In this document: positions 44,964-56,342 of the stretch, one piece after another | How positions within the stretch are numbered: the stretch's first letter is position 1 | How the letters are laid out: every line of letters begins with the position of its first letter | Assembly: GCA_028826165.1 (NCBI GenBank) | Contig: JAPDFW010000085.1 | Location: 1 to 64,000, forward strand | Source: Anaeramoeba ignava BMAN | Taxonomy: Eukaryota; Protista; Anaeramoebae | Direction: 5' to 3' | DNA length: 64,000 nucleotides | The notes under the pieces: model-generated | The model's input: only the letters and a program-made list of their open reading frames with translations | The model's database searches: none | What the model was told of the DNA's origin: nothing | Program-made: the position numbers and the translations under genes

Positions 44964-46951
44964 TCAAAAAATAAAGCATTTATCTTTTTTTGATCGATTT
45001 TGTTGAAGTTCGATTTGATATTTTAAAGAAGTATTCTTATTTAATTGATAATAATCAACAACATCTTCCATTTCTTTAATAACTTGAACTGGTAAATTTG
45101 AATCAAAATCATCCAAATAAAAAAAACGAATCAAATGACGAATTGTTGATATAGATTTTCTTGAATAATCTTGCACTTTATTAGAATCATCTTTGACACT
45201 TAAAAACATCCCTCTAAAAAGATCACTTCTAGAAATAAGAATAAGCTTATGAACCTTAATTGATTCTTGATTAAAAATAATTTCGAAATCTTTTGATTCT
45301 TGATCCAAAAATAATTTTTCTAAATCTTTTAAAATTCCATTTCTTCCACAAAAAGTATGAAATTTTGGGATTCCAATTTCAGTTGAAATTTGATCAACTG
45401 CAACATAACCATCTGGTGAAATAATTCCTGAATATAAAAAATTTATATATATTTTCACATGTTCAAGTGGTTCTTTTTGAAATATTTTGAGTGCTTTTTC
45501 TAATAAATCCCCAAGTCTTAATTTCATTATTAAAGAATGAGCTTTGCATTCCCCATTTTTTGCTTTAATATCAAGATCGCAAAATTCTTGTCTTTCAAAT
45601 AATGCTTTTAGATCTTGATTTAAAGTTGTATAACATTCTAGAAAGCTTTTAACTTCTTTGTTTGTTGTTAGTTCTTGTGGCAATCTATTCTATGTATTTT
45701 GTAACATTGCCATTTAGTATTTTTAAATATTTCTATAATTTTTTTTTTACTTCCTTCAACATTTTAAAAGAATAGATTTAAAAAATTCAATTTAAAAAAA
45801 TCGGATAAAAATTCAATTTAAATTACAGTCTGTTTTGATTTAATTAATTTTTAATTGATAATTTTAAATCAAAAATTATCAATACATTTTGTATTGTTGG
45901 ATCTGCTCCAAAATCTAAAAGCATTTGAATAACTTCAAGAGGTAATTTCTTAAAACAAGCATAATGTAATGCTGTGTTTCCCTTTAATTGTAATTTATAT
46001 AAAAAAATTCAATTCATTTCTTAATGCAAATTTGCTTTCAATTTACTTTCTATTTCCAATTTCGTTTTCTTTTTACTTCATTTCTTTCCAAATTCCTTTT
46101 TTTTAATTTGTAATTTTTACATACTAATTTTTAAGTAAGAAATTAATTTCTAGTTAATTTCCAAGATTTTTGAATAATATTCATCAAAATTAATTCTACA
46201 TTTTGAAGGTTTATATATGTTCCATATTCTAAAAGAAAGGAGATTGCTTGTTTAGAAAGATGAGATCCACAAAGATAAATTAAAGGAGTATAATTCTAAT
46301 TTGAAAATTGAAATTATTGAATAAATTTTTTCTTTCTGTTTTAATTTCCAAAATGAAAATTAAATCAAAATTGTTACTCCCTTAAAAAAAATATACAAGA
46401 AATATTTGAATTGGAATGTAAATTACTTTATAAATAAATTTGTAAAAGAAAAGAAAAGAAGAGAAAAAATTCACATTCTAAATATTTTTTTAATTAAAAA
46501 ATTAAAAAAATTTTCAATTAAAAAATAATTATAAAAAGTATTTTTGTTTTAACATTTTGATAATTAACATCAGCTCCAAGTGAAACTAATAATTCAAAAA
46601 TTCTATGTTTGTTATTATTTTCATTGCTTCCCATTGCAGCATAATGTAAAGGAGTATTTCTCTATTTTCAAAATGAATTTTAAATAATTTTCTAAATAAA
46701 ATTTCTATATAAAATTTACGTGCTAAATTAATATTATTAATTTTTAAATTGAAATTTCAAATTTTGTGTCTTTTTTTTGATTTAAAATTTACACTCTAAA
46801 AAAATTGATTTTTTTTTTAAATTTTATTTTAAATTTTAAATAGAAATTATAAAGTTTTATTCACATCAGCTAAATTTAAATCATGAGTTTTAAAAAATTC
46901 TTTGATTCCATCTAAATCTTCTTTTTGTAATAATTCTAAAAAAGTTTGCAT
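44964..46951 (-). CDS. Short ankyrin + 2 BTB protein with C-terminal CaaX (CFIF), 378 aa, 13 exons including eight 3-nt micro-exons; main exons 46865-46951, 46554-46661, 46200-46295, 45886-45981, 44964-45689
   Basis: Spliced product: MQTFL...LNLAD-S-H-RNTPLHYAA...DVNYQN-N-G-NYTPLIYLC...INLQN-Y-K-GNTALHYAC...DPTIQN-T-E-NRLPQEL...CKAHSLIMKLR...IKVHKLILISRSDLFRGMF...KKDKCFIF. All 12 introns are GT-AG, phase 0, 56-94 nt. Confidence 0.88.
45751..45753 (-). other. 3-nt micro-exon (GAA, Glu)
   Basis: Minus strand gttgaag|GAA|gtaaaa; flanking introns 73 and 61 nt. Confidence 0.78.
45827..45829 (-). other. 3-nt micro-exon (ACT, Thr)
   Basis: Minus strand aaaacag|ACT|gtaatt; flanking introns 56 and 73 nt. 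Confidence 0.82.
46047..46049 (-). other. 3-nt micro-exon (AAA, Lys)
   Basis: Minus strand gaaatag|AAA|gtaaat; flanking introns 71 and 65 nt. Confidence 0.8.
46121..46123 (-). other. 3-nt micro-exon (TAT, Tyr)
   Basis: Minus strand aaattag|TAT|gtaaaa; flanking introns 76 and 71 nt. Confidence 0.82.
46378..46380 (-). other. 3-nt micro-exon (GGA, Gly)
   Basis: Minus strand ttttaag|GGA|gtaaca; flanking introns 94 and 82 nt. Confidence 0.78.
46475..46477 (-). other. 3-nt micro-exon (AAT, Asn)
   Basis: Minus strand tatttag|AAT|gtgaat; flanking introns 76 and 94 nt. Confidence 0.8.
46720..46722 (-). other. 3-nt micro-exon (CAC, His)
   Basis: Minus strand aatttag|CAC|gtaaat; flanking introns 70 and 58 nt. 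Confidence 0.82.
46793..46795 (-). other. 3-nt micro-exon (AGT, Ser)
   Basis: Minus strand tttttag|AGT|gtaaat; flanking introns 69 and 70 nt. Confidence 0.8.
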
Positions 46952-47116
46952 TTAATTTAAATTAAATTTTTTTTTTAAAATGAAAAAAATAAAAAAAATG
47001 AAAAGAAAAAAAATGAAAACGTTTTTTTTTTTAATTAAATTTAAAAATAAAAAGTGGAACAAAAATTTTCAATTAAATTTTAATTAATTTTTAACTTTTA
47101 TTTTTAAATTTAAATT

Positions 47117-50100
47117 TTAATTAATTTTCACTTTTGGTCTTTTTCTTTTTGAATTAACAAAAACAAAAACAGCAACAATAAAAAGAGAGAAACTAATAAT
47201 CAAATTAATTTTGAAAACTGAATAATCATCAAAATGAAAATCAATTTGATGGTTATTTAAACAATTATTTTGCTCCAATACAAATTGGAATTGATGAATA
47301 ACATTTTGGAATTTTTTGCTCAACAAAACAAGTTCTTTTGAAATCAATAAAGCTTGAACAAAATTAAGATTCGAAACATATGATTCAAGATTATTTTTAT
47401 GGAAATTAAAAAGGAAATAAATTTGAACAATTTCATAAGAAGGAATAAGATTTTTGATTTTGAATAAATTTTCGGTTGTTTTAATTTTTTCCAAAATGGA
47501 GATTGATTCTTCCAAAATATTTAGTGATTTAAGTAAAGAATAAGTGATATAATGTCGATAAATCATGTCAATATGAATTTGAGAAAATTTGAAATTTGGG
47601 TGATAAGAAGTTGTAGAAAAAGGATTATTTCCAACTGAAAACAAATAGTCTTGATCAATATTTTCTTTCTGTTCATCTGGCAACCCAGCAAACAATGAAG
47701 CAAATGATAATAATGCTGGTTTCAAAGGGTTGTTCATGTTGATATAGTTTCTTTTTCCATTGCAAATGTAATCGCCTTTAATTTCGGAAAAATTTGATTG
47801 AACTATTAAAACTATATCCGAAACAGCTCGTGAAAGATAATATTTATCAATATAAACTGGTGTTTTGCGATCCAAAGAGAAAAAAAACACTGAAATATCT
47901 TTATGATTTTTTTTGTCAAAAATTCGTTCATTTTTCTCTTGTATTTCTTTTTGAAATTCAAAGTTATCTTTCAAAAAATTCACCAAATGGCCTGAATCAA
48001 TATACAATCTCTCCTCTTGAACTTCTCCCTCTTGATTATATGAAACAGTTACATTAGATGTTTTGAGTGATTGTGAGAAAGCAAATGCCAGTTTAGCATC
48101 AACAGTGAGCGATATTTCATGAAAAATGATTGAAAATTCTTGTTTTGGATTTTTCAGTCTCATTAATTCTTCTCTAAACTTCTGAGTATCAAACCCTCTG
48201 AGCTTATTTCCTTTATTTTCTGAATATTCTGAAATGATGAAAAAGTGGAATATGACACGTGGATAAAATTTTCCCATTTTTTCATCCATTGATATTGAAT
48301 GTGGCATTATAATTGCATTTATAAATCTTTCAATAATGGAGCTTATTTTAGCAAGGAAGTATTTTTCATAATCATTTTCAAGTAAAAATTGGTCTTGTTC
48401 TTCTGGTTTCAAATTCTTATATACTAATTATAAAATTTAATTGAAAAAATTTAATTGAAAAATTTAATTGAAAAAATTTAATTGAAAAATTTTAATTAAA
48501 ATTTTACTTGGTAAAGTTCGATGAGTTCTGGTTCCTTTTCCTCCTTTCCAAAATCCATATTCAAAAGGTCCAGCAGAAAGATCTATAAAAGCAAATCTTT
48601 CTGAACTAATCCATGTATCTACAAGACAATCTTCATGAATAGAAAAATCTTCTCTAATTTGTTTCAAATATTCTATAATTAAAACAAAAAAGAAAATTTT
48701 TGCTTTTTTTTTAATTTTGTTCCACTTTTTTTAATTTTAATTTTTAATTTTAATTTTGAATTTACTTTTTTCTTCTAAATTTCCAAATCCTGATAAAATT
48801 TGTAATGCAATACTTTCTCCAGAATGATCTCCTTTATAAAAAGAATTTTTGGATCGACATTCAAATTTTTGAGGAGGATTTAAAAAAGTTTTTTTTTGTT
48901 CTTCAATTTGTTTGTCACTCCAAATTTCAGTATCTCGAAACATTGAAAAAATAGGAGAATTTCTTTGTTTGAAATGAAGATCATCAGATTCACTTTCAAT
49001 TTGACAATTTGGTAATTGTAAAGAATTCAAATCCAAATTTCGAATCCATTCAATTTCTGAGTCTGAAAAACCTTTTCTATATCCATAAGTTTGTTCATAT
49101 TTAAATGGATTTTTAAAATTAAAAATGAATAAATTATAAGAATTGTTATTCAATCTAAGTTCATTTAAAAGATCTAAAAGAATTTCTGAAAATTTATCAA
49201 CATCAACTTGATAAACAGGAAAAGAATCACTTTGATTTAAATTTTTTGGATCATTTCTGATTTTATCTTGTCTTTTCAATATTAGAATTGCATTTTTTAA
49301 AGCTATTTCGACTTTTGGATGTAAATAATAATAATGCATTATTGGTTGATATTGTAAATCTTGATTTTCTTTTGTTTGAAAATTTTCTGTGATAATTTTA
49401 TGTGTGATCAATTTTATTTGTGAATAAAGCCAAGTATTTGTGTATATAGTTGAAAACCCCAGATCTTTTGAAATTTAATTTTAATTTTATAAATGAATTT
49501 TAATTTTAATTTTATAAATGAATTTTATAAATGAATTTTAATTTTAATATTAATTTTAATTTTACATTCGGTATTTTCTCCTTCAAATCCTACAAATAAA
49601 ATATTTAAATGAAATTGTAATTTTGTTGTGGGAAAATGATAAATTTCAAAAGCATTTGATAAATTTTCATATTTAATCCATTTTGCAAGAATCATTTCTT
49701 CATCAGAAAATAATTTTAAATTTGAATTTAAATTTAAATTTGAATTTAAAGTTGAAGTTGAATTTGAATTTGAATTTGAATTTGAATTTAATTTTGAAGT
49801 TGAATTTGAATTTGAATTTGAATTTGAAGTTAATTTTGAATTTGAATTTGAAGTTAATTTTGAATTTGAATTTGAATTTAATTTTGAATTTAATTTTGAT
49901 TTTGAAGTTGAATTTGAATTTAATTTTAAAGTTGAATTTAAATTTGAATTTGAATTTAAATTTGAATTTGAAGTTAATTTTGAATTTGAATTTGAAGTTA
50001 ATTTTGAATTTAAATTTAAATTTGAATTTGAATTTGAATTTAATTTTGATTTTGAAGTTAATTTTGAATTTGAATTTGAATTTAATTTTGAATTTGAATT

Positions 50101-50169
50101 ATTTTCTTGATTTAATGATAAATGAATAAAAAATATTAAAAATAAAAAGAAAAAGAAAAAGGAATTCAT
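47117..50169 (-). CDS. Type I membrane protein resembling plant AT5G58100/KNS3(SPOT1) family; exons 49566-50169, 48766-49464, 48508-48672, 47117-48423
   Basis: Three phase-1 GT-AG introns join the four ORFs. Features: N-terminal signal peptide, N/S low-complexity tract, motif CLVDTWISSERFAFIDLSAGPFEYG..GG.GTRT..TLP, one C-terminal TM helix and the tail KRKRPKVKIN. Family assignment is from recalled motifs, not a search. Confidence 0.75.
49715..50105. repeat. (TTTGAA)n-type coding microsatellite (N/S/L/K-rich)
   Basis: In frame within exon 1 of the 47117-50169 gene. Confidence 0.85.
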
Positions 50170-50393
50170 TTTTTGTTTTGAATTAAAAAATTAAAATGAA
50201 AAAAAATGAAAAAAAATGAAAAAAATGAAAATTTAAAAAAGAAAAAAAAAGTTTTTTTGAAAATCGAAATCATCAAATAAAACCGTTTCAATTTCAAGCA
50301 AACAATTTTGTTCCCAAATTATTCTGATATCATCCCATTTTTCAATATAAAATTGAAAATGATAAATTGACTTTTTTTTTTAAATAATCAAAA

Positions 50394-53300
50394 TCAAACT
50401 TTTTCCACATAATTTCCTGGAAAAGTTCCTTCAATTCCTTTTTCATTTACTCCTAAAAACCAACCTCCTTCATTTCCTTTTATTGTAATAATATCTCCTT
50501 CTTTTAAATCAAGTTCTCCATCTGCTTCTTTTGAATAATCATATAATGCCTTTTTTAAAATTATTATTAAAATTATTATTAAAATTATTATTAAAATTAT
50601 TATTAAAATTATTATTAAATTTATTATTAAATTTATTATTAAATTTATTATTAAAATTATTATTTAAATTATTATTAAATTTATTATTAAAATTTATTAT
50701 TAAAATTATTATTAAAATTATTATTAAAATTATTTATTAAAATTATTATTAAAATTATTAAAATTATTTATTAAAATTATTATTAAATTTATTATTAAAT
50801 TTAAATTATTATTAAAATTATTTATTAAAATTATTATTAAAATTATTATTAAAATGATTATTAAAATTATTATTAAAAAATTATTATTAAAATTATTATT
50901 AAAATTATTTTTAAAATTATTTTTAAAATTTATTATTAAAATTATTAAATTTATTATTAAATTTATTATTAAAAATTATTAAATTTATTATTAAAAAATT
51001 ATTATTAAAATTATTATTTTAAATTATTTTAATAAAAATTATTTATTTTAAAAATTATTAAAATTATTATTAAAATTATTATTAAAAATTATTATTAAAA
51101 TTATTATTATTATTAAAATTATTATTAAAAATTAAAATTATTATTAAAATTATTATTAAAATTATTATTAAAATTATTATTAAAATTATTATTAAAATTA
51201 TTATTAAAATTTATTATTAAATTTATTATTAAAATTATTATTAAAATTTATTATTAAAATTATTATTTAAATTTATTATTAAATTTATTATTAAAAATTA
51301 TTAAAATTATTAAAATTATTATTAAATTATTTTTAAAATTATTATTAAATTTATTATTAAATTTATTATTAAAATTATTTATTATTAAAATTATTATTAA
51401 AATTATTATTAAAATTATTATTAAATTTATTATTAAAATTATTATTAAAATTATTATTAAATTTATTATTAAAATTATTATTAAAATTATTATTAAAATT
51501 ATTATTAAAATTATTATTAAATTAATATTAAAATTATTATTAAAATTATTATTAAAATTATTATTTAAATTATTATTAAAATTGTTATTAAATTAATTAT
51601 TAAAATTATTATTATAATTATTATTTAAATTATTATTAAAATTATTATTTAAATTATTATTAAAATTATTATTATAATTATTATTTAAATTATTATTTAA
51701 ATTATTATTAAAATTATTATTAAATCCATTTATAAATTGATTATTCTACCCTGCATTTATCTCCAATATTAATTTGTTCTACATCTGAAGTTTTTTGTTG
51801 TTCATCTAAAGGTTCAACAAAATTAGAAGGAAATAAACCTTGTTTTCCATCAACAATTCCTTCCCACCAACTTTAAATAAAAAAAATAATTTTTAAATTG
51901 AATTTTTAAATTGAATTTTTAAATTAACAAACCCAGTTGAATGTTTTCTAACAACTCGAATAATATCATTTTGAGAAAATACAAGATCACTTTCTTCTGC
52001 TCCTGCGTAATCATAAAATGCTTTTACTAAGAAATCACATTCTTCACCTTCACTTTCACTTGAATCTTCATCATTTTCATCTTCTTCTAAAACTTGATTT
52101 GCTGGAGAAATCATTGGATTTGTCTTTAATTTTAATTTTAATTTTAATTTTAATTTTAATTTTGAATTTAATTTTAATTTTGAATTTAATTTTGATTTTA
52201 ATTTTGAATTTTAATTTTGAATTTAATTTTAATTTTAATTTTGAATTTAATTTTAATATTAATTTTAATTTTAATTTTAATTTTAATTTTGATTTTGATT
52301 TTGATTTTAATTTGAATTTAATTTATATTTTGATTTTATAAATGAATTTAATTTTGAATTTAATTTTAATTTTGAATTTTAATTTTAATTTTAATTTTAA
52401 TTTTAATTTCAATTTTAATTTTGATTTTAATTTTAATTTTAATTTTAATTTTAATTTTAATTTTAATTTTAATTTTAATTTTAATTTTAATTTTGAATTT
52501 TAATTTTAATTTTAATTTTAATTTTAATTTTAATTTTAATTTTAATTTTAATTTTAATTTTAATTTTAATTTTAATTTTTATTTTAATTTTAATCTTCAA
52601 ATTGAATTGAATTGAATTTTTAAAAAAAAAACACTAAAATACTTGTTGAGGTAAAGGATCTTGAGTTATAACTGGAGGAGGTGATTGAGTTTGAGTTTCT
52701 TGAACTTGAGATTCATTAGTATCTTCAAATTCAATTTTTGGTTTTTCTTGAACTTGTTTTGGTTGAACAACTGGATTTCTGTTTAAAGTTTTGTTTTTAT
52801 CAATAAAAGATTCAATATCTTTATTCACATTTACTCCACAAACAGTTGTATCAAATCTTTGAATAAGTTGATCTAAACTTGAAATATATTTTGTTTTTGA
52901 ATATTCAACAAATTTCTCAAATTGTTTTTTTAATAAATTCATTCTTTCTTCTTCTAATTTTTGTAATTCCTTTTTTTTTGTTTTATTTTATTTCAATATT
53001 TTTTTTTAAATTCTAATTAATTCTTTCTATATTATTTTTTTTTACTGATAATGTTTTTGGTATAATTTCTGAATAATAACTCTTTTTAAATGATTCATAA
53101 TTTGATTGCGCTGTGTTTTTTTCATCTGTTGCTTTTGCTGCTGCTTTCTTTAATTTGTCTAATTTTGCTTGAGACTATTTTCCAATAATAAATTATTATT
53201 AAAATTATTTATAAAATTATTATAAAATTATTTATAAAATTATTATTAAAATTATTATTAAAATTATTATTAAAATTATTATTAAAATTATTATTAAAAT

Positions 53301-54813
53301 TATTATTAAAATTATTATTAAATTTATTATTAAATTTATTATTATAATTATTATAAAATTTATTATAAATTTATTATTAAATTTATTATTAAAATTATTA
53401 TTAAATTATTATTAAAATTATTATTAAATTTATTATTAAAATTATTATTAAATTTATTATTAAAATTTATTATTAAAATTTATTATTAAATTATTATTTA
53501 AATTATTATTAAATTTATTATTAAATTATTAAAATTATTATTAAAATTATTATTAAAATTATTATTAAAATTATTATTAAAATTATTATTATAATTATTA
53601 TATTTATTATTAAAATTATTATTTAAATTATTATTAAAATTATTATTAAATTTATTATTAAATTTATTATTAAAATTATTATTAAATTATTAAATTATTA
53701 TTAAAATTATTATTAAAAATTATTATTAAAATTATTATTAAAATTATTATTTAATTTATTATTAAATTTATTATTAAATTTATTATTAAAATTATTATTA
53801 AATTATTAATTTGATTAAATCCAAACTTTTGAATCGTTTGAACCTTTAAATCCATCAACATCACTATCTGCTTTTGATGATTTTTGTGTTGCCTTTTTTT
53901 TAATTTTTTTATTAATAAAAAAAATAAAAAACAATCATAAAATTATTTGTAAAAATTAAAAATTACAGTTTCAAATTTAGATTTTAGCATTTTTAGTTCC
54001 CTTGTTTTCTTATCGCAAGTTGAAAATAACTAAATTTTGAATTTTAATTTTATATTTAATTTTGATTTTAATTTTAATTTTTGATTTTAATTTTAATTTT
54101 TGATTTTAATTTTAATTTTAATTTTAATTTTAATTTTTAATTTTAATTTTAATTTTAATTTTAATTTTAATTTTAATTTTAATTTTAAATTTAATTTTAA
54201 ATTTCAAAATGAATTTTATAAATGAATTTTTTACTTCTTTTCTTGTTGGAGATGATTCATCCTTAAAACTTAAAATTGGAGAAGAAATTTCAGAGAAAAT
54301 ATGTTGAGCATAATCAATATTAGAATTTGCACAACCTTCTAATGTTGTAATCAAAGCTCCCCAAGCATTTTGAGTTGTACTAAAAAAAAAAAAACAATAA
54401 TAAAAATTAATTAAAAAAAATTAATTAAAAAAAGCAAAAAAAAAAAAGATTTAAAAAATTTTCTTTTTAAATTTTCTTTTTAATTTTCTTTTTTAATTTT
54501 CTTTTTTAATTTTCTTTTTTTTATTTTCTTTAATTTTCTTTTAATTTTCTTTTAATTTTCTTTTTTTAATTTTCTTTCTTTTAATTTTCTTTCTTTTTAA
54601 TTTTTTCTTTTAATTTTCTTTTTTTAATTTTTACCCTTCAATATCTGATGGTCTTATTGATTGCGTTAATTTAAAAAGTGATTTTCCAAAATTATCTTGT
54701 AGTTTTGAAACTTTTTGTAAAAATTCAGAAATTTCACGAAGTTCATGAAAACTTGTGTGAACTTGTTTCTTTACAACTTCGTATTGATCCCATAAATCTA
54801 CTCCAAAACTCAT
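50394..54813 (-). CDS. F-BAR (FCH) domain protein with two SH3 domains, 458 aa; exons 54635-54813, 54235-54379, 53967-54029, 53827-53892, 53046-53174, 52643-52969, 51933-52123, 51750-51870, 50394-50549
   Basis: FCH start MSFGVDLWDQYEVV; F-BAR ELQKLEEERM; SH3-1 AFYDYAG..DLVFSQNDII..GWWEG..GLFPSNFV; SH3-2 ALYDYSK..ELDLKEGDII..GWFLG..GTFPGNYV. All junctions are GT-AG and frame-consistent. Confidence 0.88.
50555..51725. repeat. Intronic (AAATTATTATTA)n 12-mer satellite
   Basis: Fills the 1200-nt intron 50550-51749; the same unit fills intron 53175-53826. Confidence 0.92.
53190..53810. repeat. Intronic (AAATTATTATTA)n 12-mer satellite
   Basis: Direct reading. Confidence 0.9.
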
Positions 54814-55059
54814 TTTTTTTTTAATAATAAAAAGAAAAAAAATAAAACACAAATGGTTTTTTGTAAATTGATTTGGAAAAATGAAAGAAATTTAGAAAGA
54901 AATAAAGAAATAAAGAAAGAGAAAAATGATTTTTTATTTTTCAAAAAAATTTTTTTTTTTTTTCATTTCAATCAAAATTTTTTTTACAACAATTTCTTTT
55001 CCATTCTTATTGAAAAATTCCCAAATAATTCCAAAATAATTCCAAAATAATTGAAATGT

Positions 55060-56280
55060 GAAATAAATTGATTTAAAAATTGATTAATAAATTGATTAAT
55101 AAATTGATTAATAAATTGATTTAAAAATTGATTAATAAATTGATTAATAAATTAATTATTAAATTGATTAATAAATTAATTATTAAATTGATTAATAAAT
55201 TGATTAATAAATTGATTAATAAATTGATTTAAAAATGTGGAATAAATTGATTAAAAATTGATTAATAAATTGATTAATAAATTGATTTAAAAATTGATTT
55301 AAAAATTGATTTAAAAATTGATTAATAAATTGATTAATAAATTGATTAATAAATTGATTAATGAATTGATTAATAAATTGATTTAAAAATTGATTTAAAA
55401 ATTGATTTAAAAATTGATTTATAAATTGATTTATAAATTGATTAATAAAATTGATTAATAAATTGATTAATAAATTAATTATTAAATTGATTAATAAATT
55501 AATTAATAAATTGATTTTAAAAATTGATTAAAAATTGATTAAATTGATTAATAAAATTGATTAATAAATTGTTTTTATAAATTGATTAATAAATTGATTT
55601 AAAAATAATTGATTAATAATAAATTGATTAATAAATTAATTAATAAATTGATTAATAAATTGATTAATAAATTGATTTAAAAATTGATTTAAAAATTGAT
55701 TAATAAATGTGGAATAAATTGATTAATAAATTGATTAATAAATTGATTAATAAATTGATTTATAAATTGATTTAAAAATTGATTAATAAATTGATTTATA
55801 AATTGATTTAAAAATTGATTAATAAATGTGGAATAAATTGATTAATAAATTGATTAATAAAATTGATTAATAAATTGATTAATAAATTGATTAATAAAAT
55901 TGATTAATAAATTGATTAATAAATTGATTAATAAATTGATTTATAAATTGATTTAAAAATTGATTAATAAATTGATTAAATTGATTAATAAATTGATTAA
56001 TAAATTGATTAATAAATTGATTTAAAAATTGATTAATAAATTGATTAATAAATAAATTGATTTAAAAATTGATTTAAAAATTGATTTAAAAATTGATTAA
56101 TAAATTGATTAATAAATTGATTAATAAATTGATTAATAAATTGATTTAAAAATTGGAATAAAAATTGATTTAAAAATTGATTAATAAATTGATTAATAAA
56201 TTGATTAATAAATTGATTAATAAATTGATTTAAAAATTGGAATAAAAATTGATTTAAAAATTGATTAATAAAAATGGAAT
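55060..56280. repeat. Intergenic (AAATTGATTAAT)n 12-mer satellite
   Basis: About 1.2 kb with AAATTGATTTAA and AATGTGGAATA variants. Confidence 0.93.
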
Positions 56281-56342
56281 AAATTAAAAATTTGTTTCAT
56301 TTCTTCAAATTTTTTTCCTTATTAAAAACAAAAACAAAAAAT

